From Candidatus Nomurabacteria bacterium (GTDB taxonomy: Bacteria > Patescibacteriota > Minisyncoccia > Phycocordibacterales > UBA9973), in assembly GCA_016699085.1 (NCBI GenBank), contig CP064958.1, positions 131,785-195,784 on the forward strand: a DNA stretch of 64,000 nt, in the 5' to 3' direction. Every line of letters begins with the position of its first letter. Positions within the stretch are counted from its first letter, which is position 1. The position numbers were made by a program, and so were the translations under genes. Of this stretch, positions 38,944-47,716 are shown in pieces. Under the pieces are notes generated by a model. It was given only the letters and a program-made list of their open reading frames with translations, ran no database searches and was not told the origin of the DNA.

Positions 38944-40938
38944 TTAGTTAGCGTTTTGGTAGTTCGTAGTGAACGCCGCATTCGTTGGACCAAGGTTGAA
39001 GTTGTATAGACCAGTGAATGTACCAGCCGCAGCTATATCAGTTGAATCCCAGTTGATGCTTGAAAGGTAAGCACGGTAGAGACCAGCTGTATTAGTAACA
39101 CCATCAGTAACACTTACAGTAAGAGTGAAGTTTTCACTTGTACCGCTGTTAATAACGAAGTTACCATTTGATGAGAGTGAAGGACTGTATGGTCCTGTAT
39201 CCACTACAACACCAGAAACTTGAGCGTTTGATACTGTAACTCCAGACTTATCAACACCAAAGATTACTTTCTCGCCTGATGTACCAGCAAGTGTTGGCAT
39301 GTAGATTGTACTGCCGAATGCTGTTACCTTGAAAGCGATAGTAAATGTTTGGATGTCATCATTTGCAGATGTACCTGGTGTAAGACTTGCTGTTGCAGAG
39401 ATTGGATCAACCATGATGCCCTTATCGTAGAATGCTACAGATTCACCTGTTGCAGAACCGATAAGTTTAGTAGCACCAATAGTATTACCAGTTGCATCAG
39501 TAATGTCATATCCAGCAACCCCACCAGCAATCGTTGCACTCATGGTTGAACCTGCAACAAATGCAGTTGTACCAGGAAGTGGAAGGATGTCAGCAGAGAC
39601 GATGAAGTCAGCTGATGAACCATTCGTGATTGTCTGATTAAGATTCTTGAATGTGTACGCTGTTGATGTACCAGTTGCTTGAACAGTTGTTGAGTCAAGA
39701 ACTACTCCACTTGCGTTTTGAAGGTAGAGAGTACTTGCCATCAAATTCAATGCTACACCTGATGTGATCGTAACTGGGATCTTATCAATTTGTAGATTTG
39801 AACCAACTGCCTTGAAGTTAGCCTTCAAGAGCTGTACTTTGTTTGTGTTTGAAGTTGCATCAACGTCTTTAACGTGTGCCTTCATGTCATCTGTTGCGCG
39901 TGAAATAGCAACTTCAACACTGTTTGCTGATGCTGCACTTGCAAAGCTAAATGAACATGCACTTGTTGAAGAACAGTTCGTAGGATTGTAGGTTAGTGAA
40001 GCGCCTGTTCCATCCGTAAAGCGGATGTTAGAAACGATCACTCTCCATGTGTTTCCACCAGAAACTGTGTTTGCACTATCGATTACTGGAAGTGCTGAAA
40101 CGCCGACGTAGAAGTTTGACTTCTGGCCTGCAAGAATCTTAGCACCACTAAGAGTTATTGTCTTAGAGTAAACGTAGTTTGTGTACGCAGAGTTAGTGTC
40201 TTGACTGAATTCAGACGCAAGCGCTGAACCAACCTTTGTGCCTTCTTCCCAGAATGAAACATTTGAGAAGTATTTATCCATCTTTGTGTCTGTACCAGTA
40301 CCACTAGTCATCACGAATTGAAGACTAAGTGAGGTAAGAGTCACATCAGAGCCACCAGAAGCAGCCTTAAGCTGGATACCAGCAACTTGATGATCAGCAT
40401 CACCTACGCCGACAAGTTCACTAGCGTAACCGCCAATCAACGTATCGCTTTCGATGCTACCAACACCAGTTGGATTGCTTACAACACTACCGCTACATGA
40501 TGCACCGGTTGTAACGCTGTAAAGCTGTCCAGGCATTGTACAGCCAGGAACACTTGATACACCGCCTGTACATGGAGCTCCAGTAGTTGAACTATAGAGA
40601 GCACCAGCCATACAGCCAGGAACACTTGATGGTGTACCACCCAAAGTATTGATTGATGAAGCAGTCATAGGACCAACAACACCATCAGCACTTAGAGCGT
40701 GAGCACCTTGATACCAAACAACAGCTGCTTTGGTCATAGGACCAAAAGCACCATCAACAGTAAGTGCTGGAGCATAACCAGCAACATTGAGTGCTGCTTG
40801 AAGATCCATCACTTCTTGTCCACTTGAACCTACAACGAGGTTCGGAGGAACACTAACTTCTGCGCGAGCTACGTTTACAACTATGAAAGCTGCAAGAACG
40901 AAAGCTGTTGCAAAAGCGAATTTTGTAAATTTTTGCAT
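38944..40938 (-). CDS. Secreted Ser/Thr/Gly-rich surface (S-layer-like) protein with an N-terminal signal peptide, a peptidoglycan-binding domain and two Cys-loop repeats
   Basis: Signal peptide MQKFTKFAFATAFVLAAFIVVNVARA. PG_binding_1-like SSGQEVMDLQAALNVAGYAPALTVDGAFGPMTKAAVVWYQGAHALSADGVVGPMT. Tandem VPGCxxxGxLYSxTTGAxCxG repeats. The remainder is ~45% S/T/G/A. Confidence 0.6.
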   Translation of the reverse strand: MQKFTKFAFATAFVLAAFIVVNVARAEVSVPPNLVVGSSGQEVMDLQAALNVAGYAPALTVDGAFGPMTKAAVVWYQGAHALSADGVVGPMTASSINTLGGTPSSVPGCMAGALYSSTTGAPCTGGVSSVPGCTMPGQLYSVTTGASCSGSVVSNPTGVGSIESDTLIGGYASELVGVGDADHQVAGIQLKAASGGSDVTLTSLSLQFVMTSGTGTDTKMDKYFSNVSFWEEGTKVGSALASEFSQDTNSAYTNYVYSKTITLSGAKILAGQKSNFYVGVSALPVIDSANTVSGGNTWRVIVSNIRFTDGTGASLTYNPTNCSSTSACSFSFASAASANSVEVAISRATDDMKAHVKDVDATSNTNKVQLLKANFKAVGSNLQIDKIPVTITSGVALNLMASTLYLQNASGVVLDSTTVQATGTSTAYTFKNLNQTITNGSSADFIVSADILPLPGTTAFVAGSTMSATIAGGVAGYDITDATGNTIGATKLIGSATGESVAFYDKGIMVDPISATASLTPGTSANDDIQTFTIAFKVTAFGSTIYMPTLAGTSGEKVIFGVDKSGVTVSNAQVSGVVVDTGPYSPSLSSNGNFVINSGTSENFTLTVSVTDGVTNTAGLYRAYLSSINWDSTDIAAAGTFTGLYNFNLGPTNAAFTTNYQNAN
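40490..40640. repeat. Tandem ~72-bp direct repeat inside the surface-protein gene (encodes the duplicated Cys-loop motif)
   Basis: cagccaggaacacttga occurs at 40541 and 40613 with similar flanks. Confidence 0.5.
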
Positions 40939-41509
40939 AATTTTTATCGTTTATAATTGCCGCATCACATTTCTCTTTATCAGAAATGTCGCTAGCTTTT
41001 GATGCACATTACTAATGTTTTAGTTTCGACAAAACTAGGTGTGCATATCACTCGTAATAATCCTCGAAAAGAATTATCCGAGAAGTATTCAGGCACTTAA
41101 TTAAGGTGTCTGAATCGTGATCTCCCCATTGGATAAGTGGGAGTATCGTGCTGCCTTGTCGACAGGGCATACTAAATGAGCCGACAAGAAAATAAAAGGC
41201 CGAAATAGGAAAAACCTATCTCGCATATTTTATTTTCAAAGATCGTCCCATCTAGATTAAGCGCATATATCGTAGCCTATCCGCTCTAATAAATGCGCTT
41301 GTGCAGTATAGCATAATTAAAAAAATATGCTATGTGCATGCACGTATTATATGGCTTGCAATAACTATCGCAAATTATAATGTGGATAACCTCTCTACTA
41401 AGCATTTATGCTTAGTTTTATGAAAAAGAATATCCTCGTGCAGTAATTGCAATACAAAGCAATTACACAATATATGACGATATATAAACAATATTCTTAC
41501 AATGTAACT

Positions 41510-42409
41510 TTACTTCAAAGAGTATTTTGACCAACGTTTTTCACCTATTTTCTTAAGGACACCTTCTTTAACAAGAGACATCAATTCACGTTGCAATGTC
41601 TTTTCGCTACAATTTTTTATAACTTGTGCAATGTCCTTTATCATAATTTCTGGCTTGTCTTTTAGAAGAGCAAAAATATTGTTACGCCTATCATTTTTCA
41701 AAGCTAATTCGATTTTTTTTGATTGGCCTTTTAATTGCTCTTTTTCAATAAGACCTTGTGATTTTTGCTGAGGGTTTATTTGATGTCCTTTATTAAAGGA
41801 CAGATACTTTTTCAATAACTCTTCATGTCCTTTATCATTTTGTAGACTTACTGTAGGTGAAGAAGCATTAGATTTTTGGTCTTGCAAGCTATCGGAATGC
41901 ATAGCATCCCATTGCAACATATCAGCCGGAACTGTAAATTTTTCAAGCGACTGGGAACGAAACAGTGTTGTTGTGTATTTTCCTTCCCTATTTTCTCTAG
42001 TTAAAGCATCAAAAGAAGTTGATAATAACGTAAGCTCTTTCATTAAAATACTGCCATTCATTTCCCCAATACTACCAACGGTATGGCCTAATTCTATTAA
42101 CCCAAGTAGGTGGCAAAGATCATTTTCAATTTCTTCAAGGACTATGCTTGTTTTTACGCCCGTTAACATGTCAATGCTTGATACTTTTTTTAATAGATTT
42201 AGACACTCTGTCCTTAATGAATGCTTTAAGTAATCAGTGTCATTTATGCACTCAGTAACCATATATAGTGCCGTAGATATTTTTAATGTCCTTTTAAACA
42301 AAGAATTACTCGTAGATTTATTGTGAAATAAACCAATTTTCATATTAGAATTTTCTTGGTGTCCATTAAAGACTTTACCATCAGTTGTACTCTCTTTTTT
42401 GTGTTCCAT
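41510..42409 (-). CDS. Hypothetical protein with a C-terminal winged-helix DNA-binding-like domain
   Basis: C-terminal ...IFALLKDKPEIMIKDIAQVIKNCSEKTLQRELMSLVKEGVLKKIGEKRWSKY resembles DeoR/MarR-like wHTH. The N-terminal 230 aa are unassigned. Confidence 0.3.
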   Translation of the reverse strand: MEHKKESTTDGKVFNGHQENSNMKIGLFHNKSTSNSLFKRTLKISTALYMVTECINDTDYLKHSLRTECLNLLKKVSSIDMLTGVKTSIVLEEIENDLCHLLGLIELGHTVGSIGEMNGSILMKELTLLSTSFDALTRENREGKYTTTLFRSQSLEKFTVPADMLQWDAMHSDSLQDQKSNASSPTVSLQNDKGHEELLKKYLSFNKGHQINPQQKSQGLIEKEQLKGQSKKIELALKNDRRNNIFALLKDKPEIMIKDIAQVIKNCSEKTLQRELMSLVKEGVLKKIGEKRWSKYSLK

Positions 42410-42559
42410 GTCTTTTATAAGATTAACTGTCCATTACTATGAAAAATCAAGATTTCGTATGTCCATTATATCAAAGACATTGGTCTTGTAAAGCTACAGT
42501 AATTAACCGTATATTAACAAGGGGTAAAAATCTATACCGTATGGTAAAATAATGCTTAC

Positions 42560-44716
42560 ATGGCAAAAAAAAATACTAAGAAAGAGACAAGCACAAAGAA
42601 AACCAAAGATGACACAAGAGGTACTACTTCTACTGCACTCAAGCAAGAAACAAGATATGGTGTCTATGCGATTATTGCTTTTGCGGGAGCTGTTTTCTTT
42701 TTACTATCACTTTTCCACATAGCTGGCGTAGCAGGAAATTTTATCTATACAATACTATTTTTACTTTTAGGAGTCGGGTACTACCTATTGCCTATTGTGT
42801 GTGCAATCTTAGGATTTTCTTTTTTGCAAACTAACAGACCTAATATTGCACTTACCCATACGATTGGTGTTACACTTTTTTTTATTTCACTGCTTGGAAT
42901 GATCCACGTGTTAAGCAGTAACCCAGAAGCTGGTGGCTATATTGGTAACATAGTCTCCTGGCCTTTTCTAAAACTTTTTGATACGTATGTAAGCATCCTG
43001 TTTTTGAGTGCAGTTTTAATTATTTCACTATTTGTACTTTTTGATACTCGCCCAAATATTGCACACCTAAGAGACAAATTTCGATCATTTCGAAATACTG
43101 ACGAAGATGAGGAAAATATTGTTAGCTACGGCACAGAGGCACCAGTCGCTATAGTTCCAGAAGTAATCAAACCAGAAGAAATCACTGGAAGTGCCCCAGA
43201 AGTCATACCCCAACGAGAAGAAGAATTAAATCTAGGAGAAAAACTAACGAAACCAAGGACTGACCTTACCTATGTACCACCACCGCTTTCATTACTTGAG
43301 AAAGATCAGGGCAAACCAAATGTTGGCGACATTAAAGCAAATGCAAATATTATTCAAAGAACACTGGCGAACTTTGGCATCATTGTTGAAATGGATGAAA
43401 TTACGATAGGACCAACAGTTACTCGCTACGCGCTCAAACCAGCCCAAGGTGTTAAACTTTCACGAATTGCTGGATTACAAAACGATTTAGCGCTGGCACT
43501 AGCAGCTCATCCGATCCGTATGGAACTCCCTATTCCTGGTAAGTCACTCGTCGGTATTGAGATTCCAAATAAAACAAAAGCAACTATTAGTCTTGGCTCA
43601 TTGCTCGGAGATACACAATTCACCAATGCACAAAAGCCTCTCTTTATTGCACTTGGACGAAATGTTGCTGGACGTGCTATGTATATCAATCTTGCCAAAG
43701 CACCACATGCACTTATCGCCGGCACAACAGGCTCAGGTAAATCTGTTACTATTCATGCACTCATCAACTCACTGCTCTATCGCAACAGCCCTGAAGATTT
43801 AAAATTTATCATGGTTGACCCAAAACGTGTTGAGCTCACTCTGTACAATAAAATTCCCCATCTCTTGACGCCAGTCATCACCGAAGCCAAGAAATGCATC
43901 CTTGCGCTTAAGTGGGCCGCAAAAGAAATGGATAGGCGCTATGACATATTACAAAGCCACTCTGTACGCGATATTGAGTCATACCATGCCAATATTTATA
44001 GTAAAAAAAGCGCCGGAGGTACTGAAGATCGTATGCCATATATTGTTGTCATAATCGATGAGCTGGCAGATATTATGCAGTCATACCCCCGAGAGCTCGA
44101 GGCTGCGATCGTCCGTCTCGCACAGATGTCACGCGCTGTCGGTATCCACTTAGTTCTCTCGACCCAGCGTCCTGAAGTCAATATTATTACGGGACTTATC
44201 AAGGCTAACGTACCGACACGTATCGCTCTTCGAGTGCCTACACAAATCGATTCGCGCACGATATTAGATAGCGGTGGCGCAGAAAAACTCTTAGGTGCTG
44301 GTGACATGCTCTTCTCCGGCGGTGAAGGACAGCCGGAACGTCTACAATCAGCATTTATTTCAGAAAACGAAGTGAAAAAAATCGTAAAGTATTTAAGCGA
44401 CGCATACAAAGATGAAGTCACCGAAGATATTGCACTTTCTGGACCTATCGCTGAAAGCAATAGTATATTCTCAGCAACATTAGATGACGAAGCTAACGAA
44501 GAAGATGAACTCTATGAGGAAGCACGACAGATTGTTATTGAATCAGGCAAAGCATCAACATCGTATCTTCAACGGAAATTAGGCGTCGGCTATTCGCGAG
44601 CAGCCAAACTGATCGACATGCTTGAGGAGCACAGTGTTGTCGGAGCTGCAAATGGTGCTAAACCGCGAGAAGTATTAGAGAAAAATGTAACGGTGGAGAA
44701 ACAAGAATACGTATGA
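42560..44716 (+). CDS. ftsK: DNA translocase FtsK/SpoIIIE
   Basis: N-terminal TM helices, a linker, then a motor domain with Walker A AGTTGSGKSV, ...VVIIDELADIM..., and a gamma-like C-terminal wHTH. Confidence 0.9.
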   Translation: MAKKNTKKETSTKKTKDDTRGTTSTALKQETRYGVYAIIAFAGAVFFLLSLFHIAGVAGNFIYTILFLLLGVGYYLLPIVCAILGFSFLQTNRPNIALTHTIGVTLFFISLLGMIHVLSSNPEAGGYIGNIVSWPFLKLFDTYVSILFLSAVLIISLFVLFDTRPNIAHLRDKFRSFRNTDEDEENIVSYGTEAPVAIVPEVIKPEEITGSAPEVIPQREEELNLGEKLTKPRTDLTYVPPPLSLLEKDQGKPNVGDIKANANIIQRTLANFGIIVEMDEITIGPTVTRYALKPAQGVKLSRIAGLQNDLALALAAHPIRMELPIPGKSLVGIEIPNKTKATISLGSLLGDTQFTNAQKPLFIALGRNVAGRAMYINLAKAPHALIAGTTGSGKSVTIHALINSLLYRNSPEDLKFIMVDPKRVELTLYNKIPHLLTPVITEAKKCILALKWAAKEMDRRYDILQSHSVRDIESYHANIYSKKSAGGTEDRMPYIVVIIDELADIMQSYPRELEAAIVRLAQMSRAVGIHLVLSTQRPEVNIITGLIKANVPTRIALRVPTQIDSRTILDSGGAEKLLGAGDMLFSGGEGQPERLQSAFISENEVKKIVKYLSDAYKDEVTEDIALSGPIAESNSIFSATLDDEANEEDELYEEARQIVIESGKASTSYLQRKLGVGYSRAAKLIDMLEEHSVVGAANGAKPREVLEKNVTVEKQEYV

Positions 44717-45084
44717 GAATGAATATGAAGCAAAAAATTAGTTGGGGCGCTGGAGCGCTTTTTGGCATTATCATTCTCTCATATGCTGTATGGCAATTTC
44801 ACGACATTATCTTTGGTATCCATCTTAAGATACATGGGGTTACAGATGGAGCAGTATATGACGGCAATAGACTTACCATAAGTGGAACTGCGACAAAAGC
44901 AAGAGAAGTTACGTTAAATGGTAGAGGACTCGGTATTAGTAAAGATGGCTCATTTGCAGATGAATTGCTGCTTACCTCTGGGTATTCTATAATTACTATT
45001 AAGGTAACTGACCGGTTCAAAAAAGAAGAAGTACGATCCTACCGTGTATTTTATAAACCTCAACCTGTCTCGTTTACTAGCTAA
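44713..45084 (+). CDS. Hypothetical small membrane-anchored protein
   Basis: 123 aa, N-terminal TM then a beta-rich domain. The start overlaps the ftsK stop by 4 nt (ATGA). Confidence 0.3.
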   Translation: MRMNMKQKISWGAGALFGIIILSYAVWQFHDIIFGIHLKIHGVTDGAVYDGNRLTISGTATKAREVTLNGRGLGISKDGSFADELLLTSGYSIITIKVTDRFKKEEVRSYRVFYKPQPVSFTS

Positions 45085-45096
45085 TAAATAAATTAT

Positions 45097-46152
45097 ATGG
45101 CATTTAAAAAAACAGCTCCAAAAGCGTTAAAAGAAATAGGCGCAGAAATCGACGACACAATAAAATCAATCCAAACAAAATTTGGTGAAGGTGCCATTAT
45201 GAAACTTGGTGATGCACCTAAGGTGGACATCAGCGTAATCCCAACAGGTTCGATCGGACTCGATATGGCACTCGGTATCGGCGGTGTCCCCCGTGGCCGA
45301 ATCATAGAAATATTTGGACCTGAATCTTCCGGCAAGACAACCCTTGCTCTTCATATTGTTGCAGAAGCCCAAAAGAAAGGCGGTGTCTGCGCGTATATCG
45401 ACGCAGAACATGCCATGGATCCAAGCTATGCTAAAAATCTTGGCGTTAATATTAATGATCTCCTTATCTCACAACCAGACACGGGTGAACAAGGATTAGA
45501 AATCACAGAATCTCTCGTGAGATCAGGAAAAATTGATGTCATTGTTATCGACTCAGTGGCAGCTCTCACGCCAAAAGATGAAATCGAAGGCGATATGGGT
45601 CAACAGCATGTGGGAAAACAAGCACGACTAATGTCACAAGCACTTCGAAAACTTACTGCTATTGTTGCCAGGTCAAAAACACTCGTTATTTTTATCAATC
45701 AAATCCGTATGCAAATCGGTGTGATGTTCGGCAATCCTGAAACAACTCCAGGCGGCAAAGCCCTCAAATTCTATACCTCAGTTCGTCTCGACATTCGCCG
45801 TATTGCACAAATCAAGAAAGGCGAAGAGGTCGTCGGTGGCCGTACACGAGTCAAAGTCGTTAAGAACAAAGTCGCTGCCCCATTTAAACAAACTGAGTTC
45901 GATATCATTTACGGAGAAGGTATTTCTCGCGAAGGCGAAATTATGGCTCTCGGAGAGAAGCTCGGCATCATAACCAAGTCTTCTGGTGGCTCATATGAAT
46001 ATAAACCAAAGGAAGGCGAAAATGTTAAACTCGGCCGCGGCTACGATGCAACAAGAACATTTCTCAAGGAAAACAGTAAACTTACGAATGAAATCTTGAA
46101 GCAAGTGAAGGCTCGCTTTGGTGAAATTCAAATCTCAAGTGCAGGCGAATAA
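45097..46152 (+). CDS. recA: Recombinase RecA
   Basis: ...[18 protein letters not shown]...IDAEHA...[10 protein letters not shown]... Confidence 0.95.
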   Translation: MAFKKTAPKALKEIGAEIDDTIKSIQTKFGEGAIMKLGDAPKVDISVIPTGSIGLDMALGIGGVPRGRIIEIFGPESSGKTTLALHIVAEAQKKGGVCAYIDAEHAMDPSYAKNLGVNINDLLISQPDTGEQGLEITESLVRSGKIDVIVIDSVAALTPKDEIEGDMGQQHVGKQARLMSQALRKLTAIVARSKTLVIFINQIRMQIGVMFGNPETTPGGKALKFYTSVRLDIRRIAQIKKGEEVVGGRTRVKVVKNKVAAPFKQTEFDIIYGEGISREGEIMALGEKLGIITKSSGGSYEYKPKEGENVKLGRGYDATRTFLKENSKLTNEILKQVKARFGEIQISSAGE

Positions 46153-46170
46153 TTTCTACAGTGACTTGTA

Positions 46171-46869
46171 ATGAATGAAAATGCACAACCAAAAAAAGAA
46201 GTTCGCTCCTCTTATGCTCGTAATCGTGCAGATACTGCACATATTCCTTATGAGAAAATAATAAGACCAAGCGAGCAATTCCCAAGTACTCACGAATATG
46301 ACGATTCTTCACGCAAAGGACGAATTACAAAAAGTATTGATAGTGAGAGCGAAGAAGAGGAGGAAATAAAGAAGCCTATTCCCCGCAATACATACACAGA
46401 ATTAGAAAATATTGCTGATTCTAATGACTGGGAAGCATTTGGAGAAACAGATACGGAGCCAGATACTGCAGACAAAGATGAGGAGCAAATTGAAGACAAA
46501 AAATTTTTGGATGCCCAAGAAATACATAAACAAAAGCTGAATGATGCTTTCTATACACTCATACAAAAATATGATGAATACGATGGCTGGCAATGGGATG
46601 AGGAAGATACAGAAAAAGCATTAGAGGATACAGGACTCAAAGACAAGGTTACTGATGGAGAATCAAAAGCAGAAATGATTACAACGCAATTAATCAGTGG
46701 GGATTTCCAAGGTATGCGAAAAACCATACTAACAGAAATTAAAAAATTTGCACAAGATAAAACAAAACCTTTAAAATTTGTACGCAGAGAAATAAGAAAA
46801 GAAAAAAACAAGCGATCATTTAAGAGAAAGCCTAAAAGTAAAGAGGTTGAACGAAGAAAGATTGTCTAA
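46171..46869 (+). CDS. Hypothetical highly charged protein (acidic core, basic C-terminus)
   Basis: 232 aa, low complexity with E/D-rich and K/R-rich segments. Immediately downstream of recA. Not RecX-like by composition. Confidence 0.3.
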   Translation: MNENAQPKKEVRSSYARNRADTAHIPYEKIIRPSEQFPSTHEYDDSSRKGRITKSIDSESEEEEEIKKPIPRNTYTELENIADSNDWEAFGETDTEPDTADKDEEQIEDKKFLDAQEIHKQKLNDAFYTLIQKYDEYDGWQWDEEDTEKALEDTGLKDKVTDGESKAEMITTQLISGDFQGMRKTILTEIKKFAQDKTKPLKFVRREIRKEKNKRSFKRKPKSKEVERRKIV

Positions 46870-47087
46870 GATTCATACAGATTTCTCAATCAATATATAG
46901 CTTGCAAAATAAGGCTTCCTGGGCTAAAATCTCCCTGTTACTAAAAACTAACCACTATCTATGGCATTACTTGAATACAACGACCCCGGTACGCAACTTG
47001 TTCATCGAATGCATTCACAAGTTCATACGGGGCGAGATATGGTTATATAGACAGTATCTTTATTTATTCACTAATCAAAGGCAACCT

Positions 47088-47666
47088 ATGGCACTTTTGG
47101 AATACAACGAAATACGCGAGCGCAAGATCATCATCTACAATAATGAGCCGTGTGAAGTCCTGGAATCCCATGTCGCACGCACTCAACAGCGCAAACCCCA
47201 AAACCAAGTCAAACTTAAAAGCTTAGTAAATGGCCGAACCTTTACTGAAACATTCAGAAGTGCTGATACTGCCGATGAAGCCGAACTTGAAAAGCGTGAC
47301 GTTAAATTTCTCTACATGAACCGCGGTGAGTTTTGGTTCGCAGATCCATCGGATCCAAAGAATCGCTTCATGCTCGATGAGAAATTGATCGCCGAATCAG
47401 CAAAGTTTCTCAAGCCAAATGAAAATGTTACTGCACTCGTTTGGGACAATGATGGTGACGAGGTGATCATCCGTGTTGCGCTTCCTATCAAGATGACTTT
47501 TACCGTCAAAGACGCTCCCCCGTCAATCAAAGGCAATACTGCCCAAGGTGGCACCAAACTCGTCACACTTGAAAACGGCACCATGATCGACGTTCCCCTT
47601 TTTGTTAGTGCCGGGGATAAAATTATCGTCAATACTGACAGCGGTGAATACGTTGAACGCGGGTAA
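47088..47666 (+). CDS. efp: Elongation factor P
   Basis: MALLEYNEIRERKIIIYNNEPCEVLESHVARTQQRKPQNQVKLKSLVNGRTFTETFRS...VPLFVSAGDKIIVNTDSGEYVERG. The start is moved from the ORF-track 46902 to the ATG at 47088, which matches the canonical EF-P N-terminus and length (~192 aa). Confidence 0.85.
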   Translation: MALLEYNEIRERKIIIYNNEPCEVLESHVARTQQRKPQNQVKLKSLVNGRTFTETFRSADTADEAELEKRDVKFLYMNRGEFWFADPSDPKNRFMLDEKLIAESAKFLKPNENVTALVWDNDGDEVIIRVALPIKMTFTVKDAPPSIKGNTAQGGTKLVTLENGTMIDVPLFVSAGDKIIVNTDSGEYVERG

Positions 47667-47716
47667 GTAAATTAAACATAAGAAAACCGTTTCGATATAT
47701 CGAAACGGTTTTTGAT

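Noticed and set aside
46902-47087. ORF-track start of efp at 46902 (254 aa)
   Set aside because: The canonical EF-P N-terminus (MALLEYNEI...) starts at 47088, giving the expected ~190 aa. The upstream extension reads through a leader region and contains a separate short frame.
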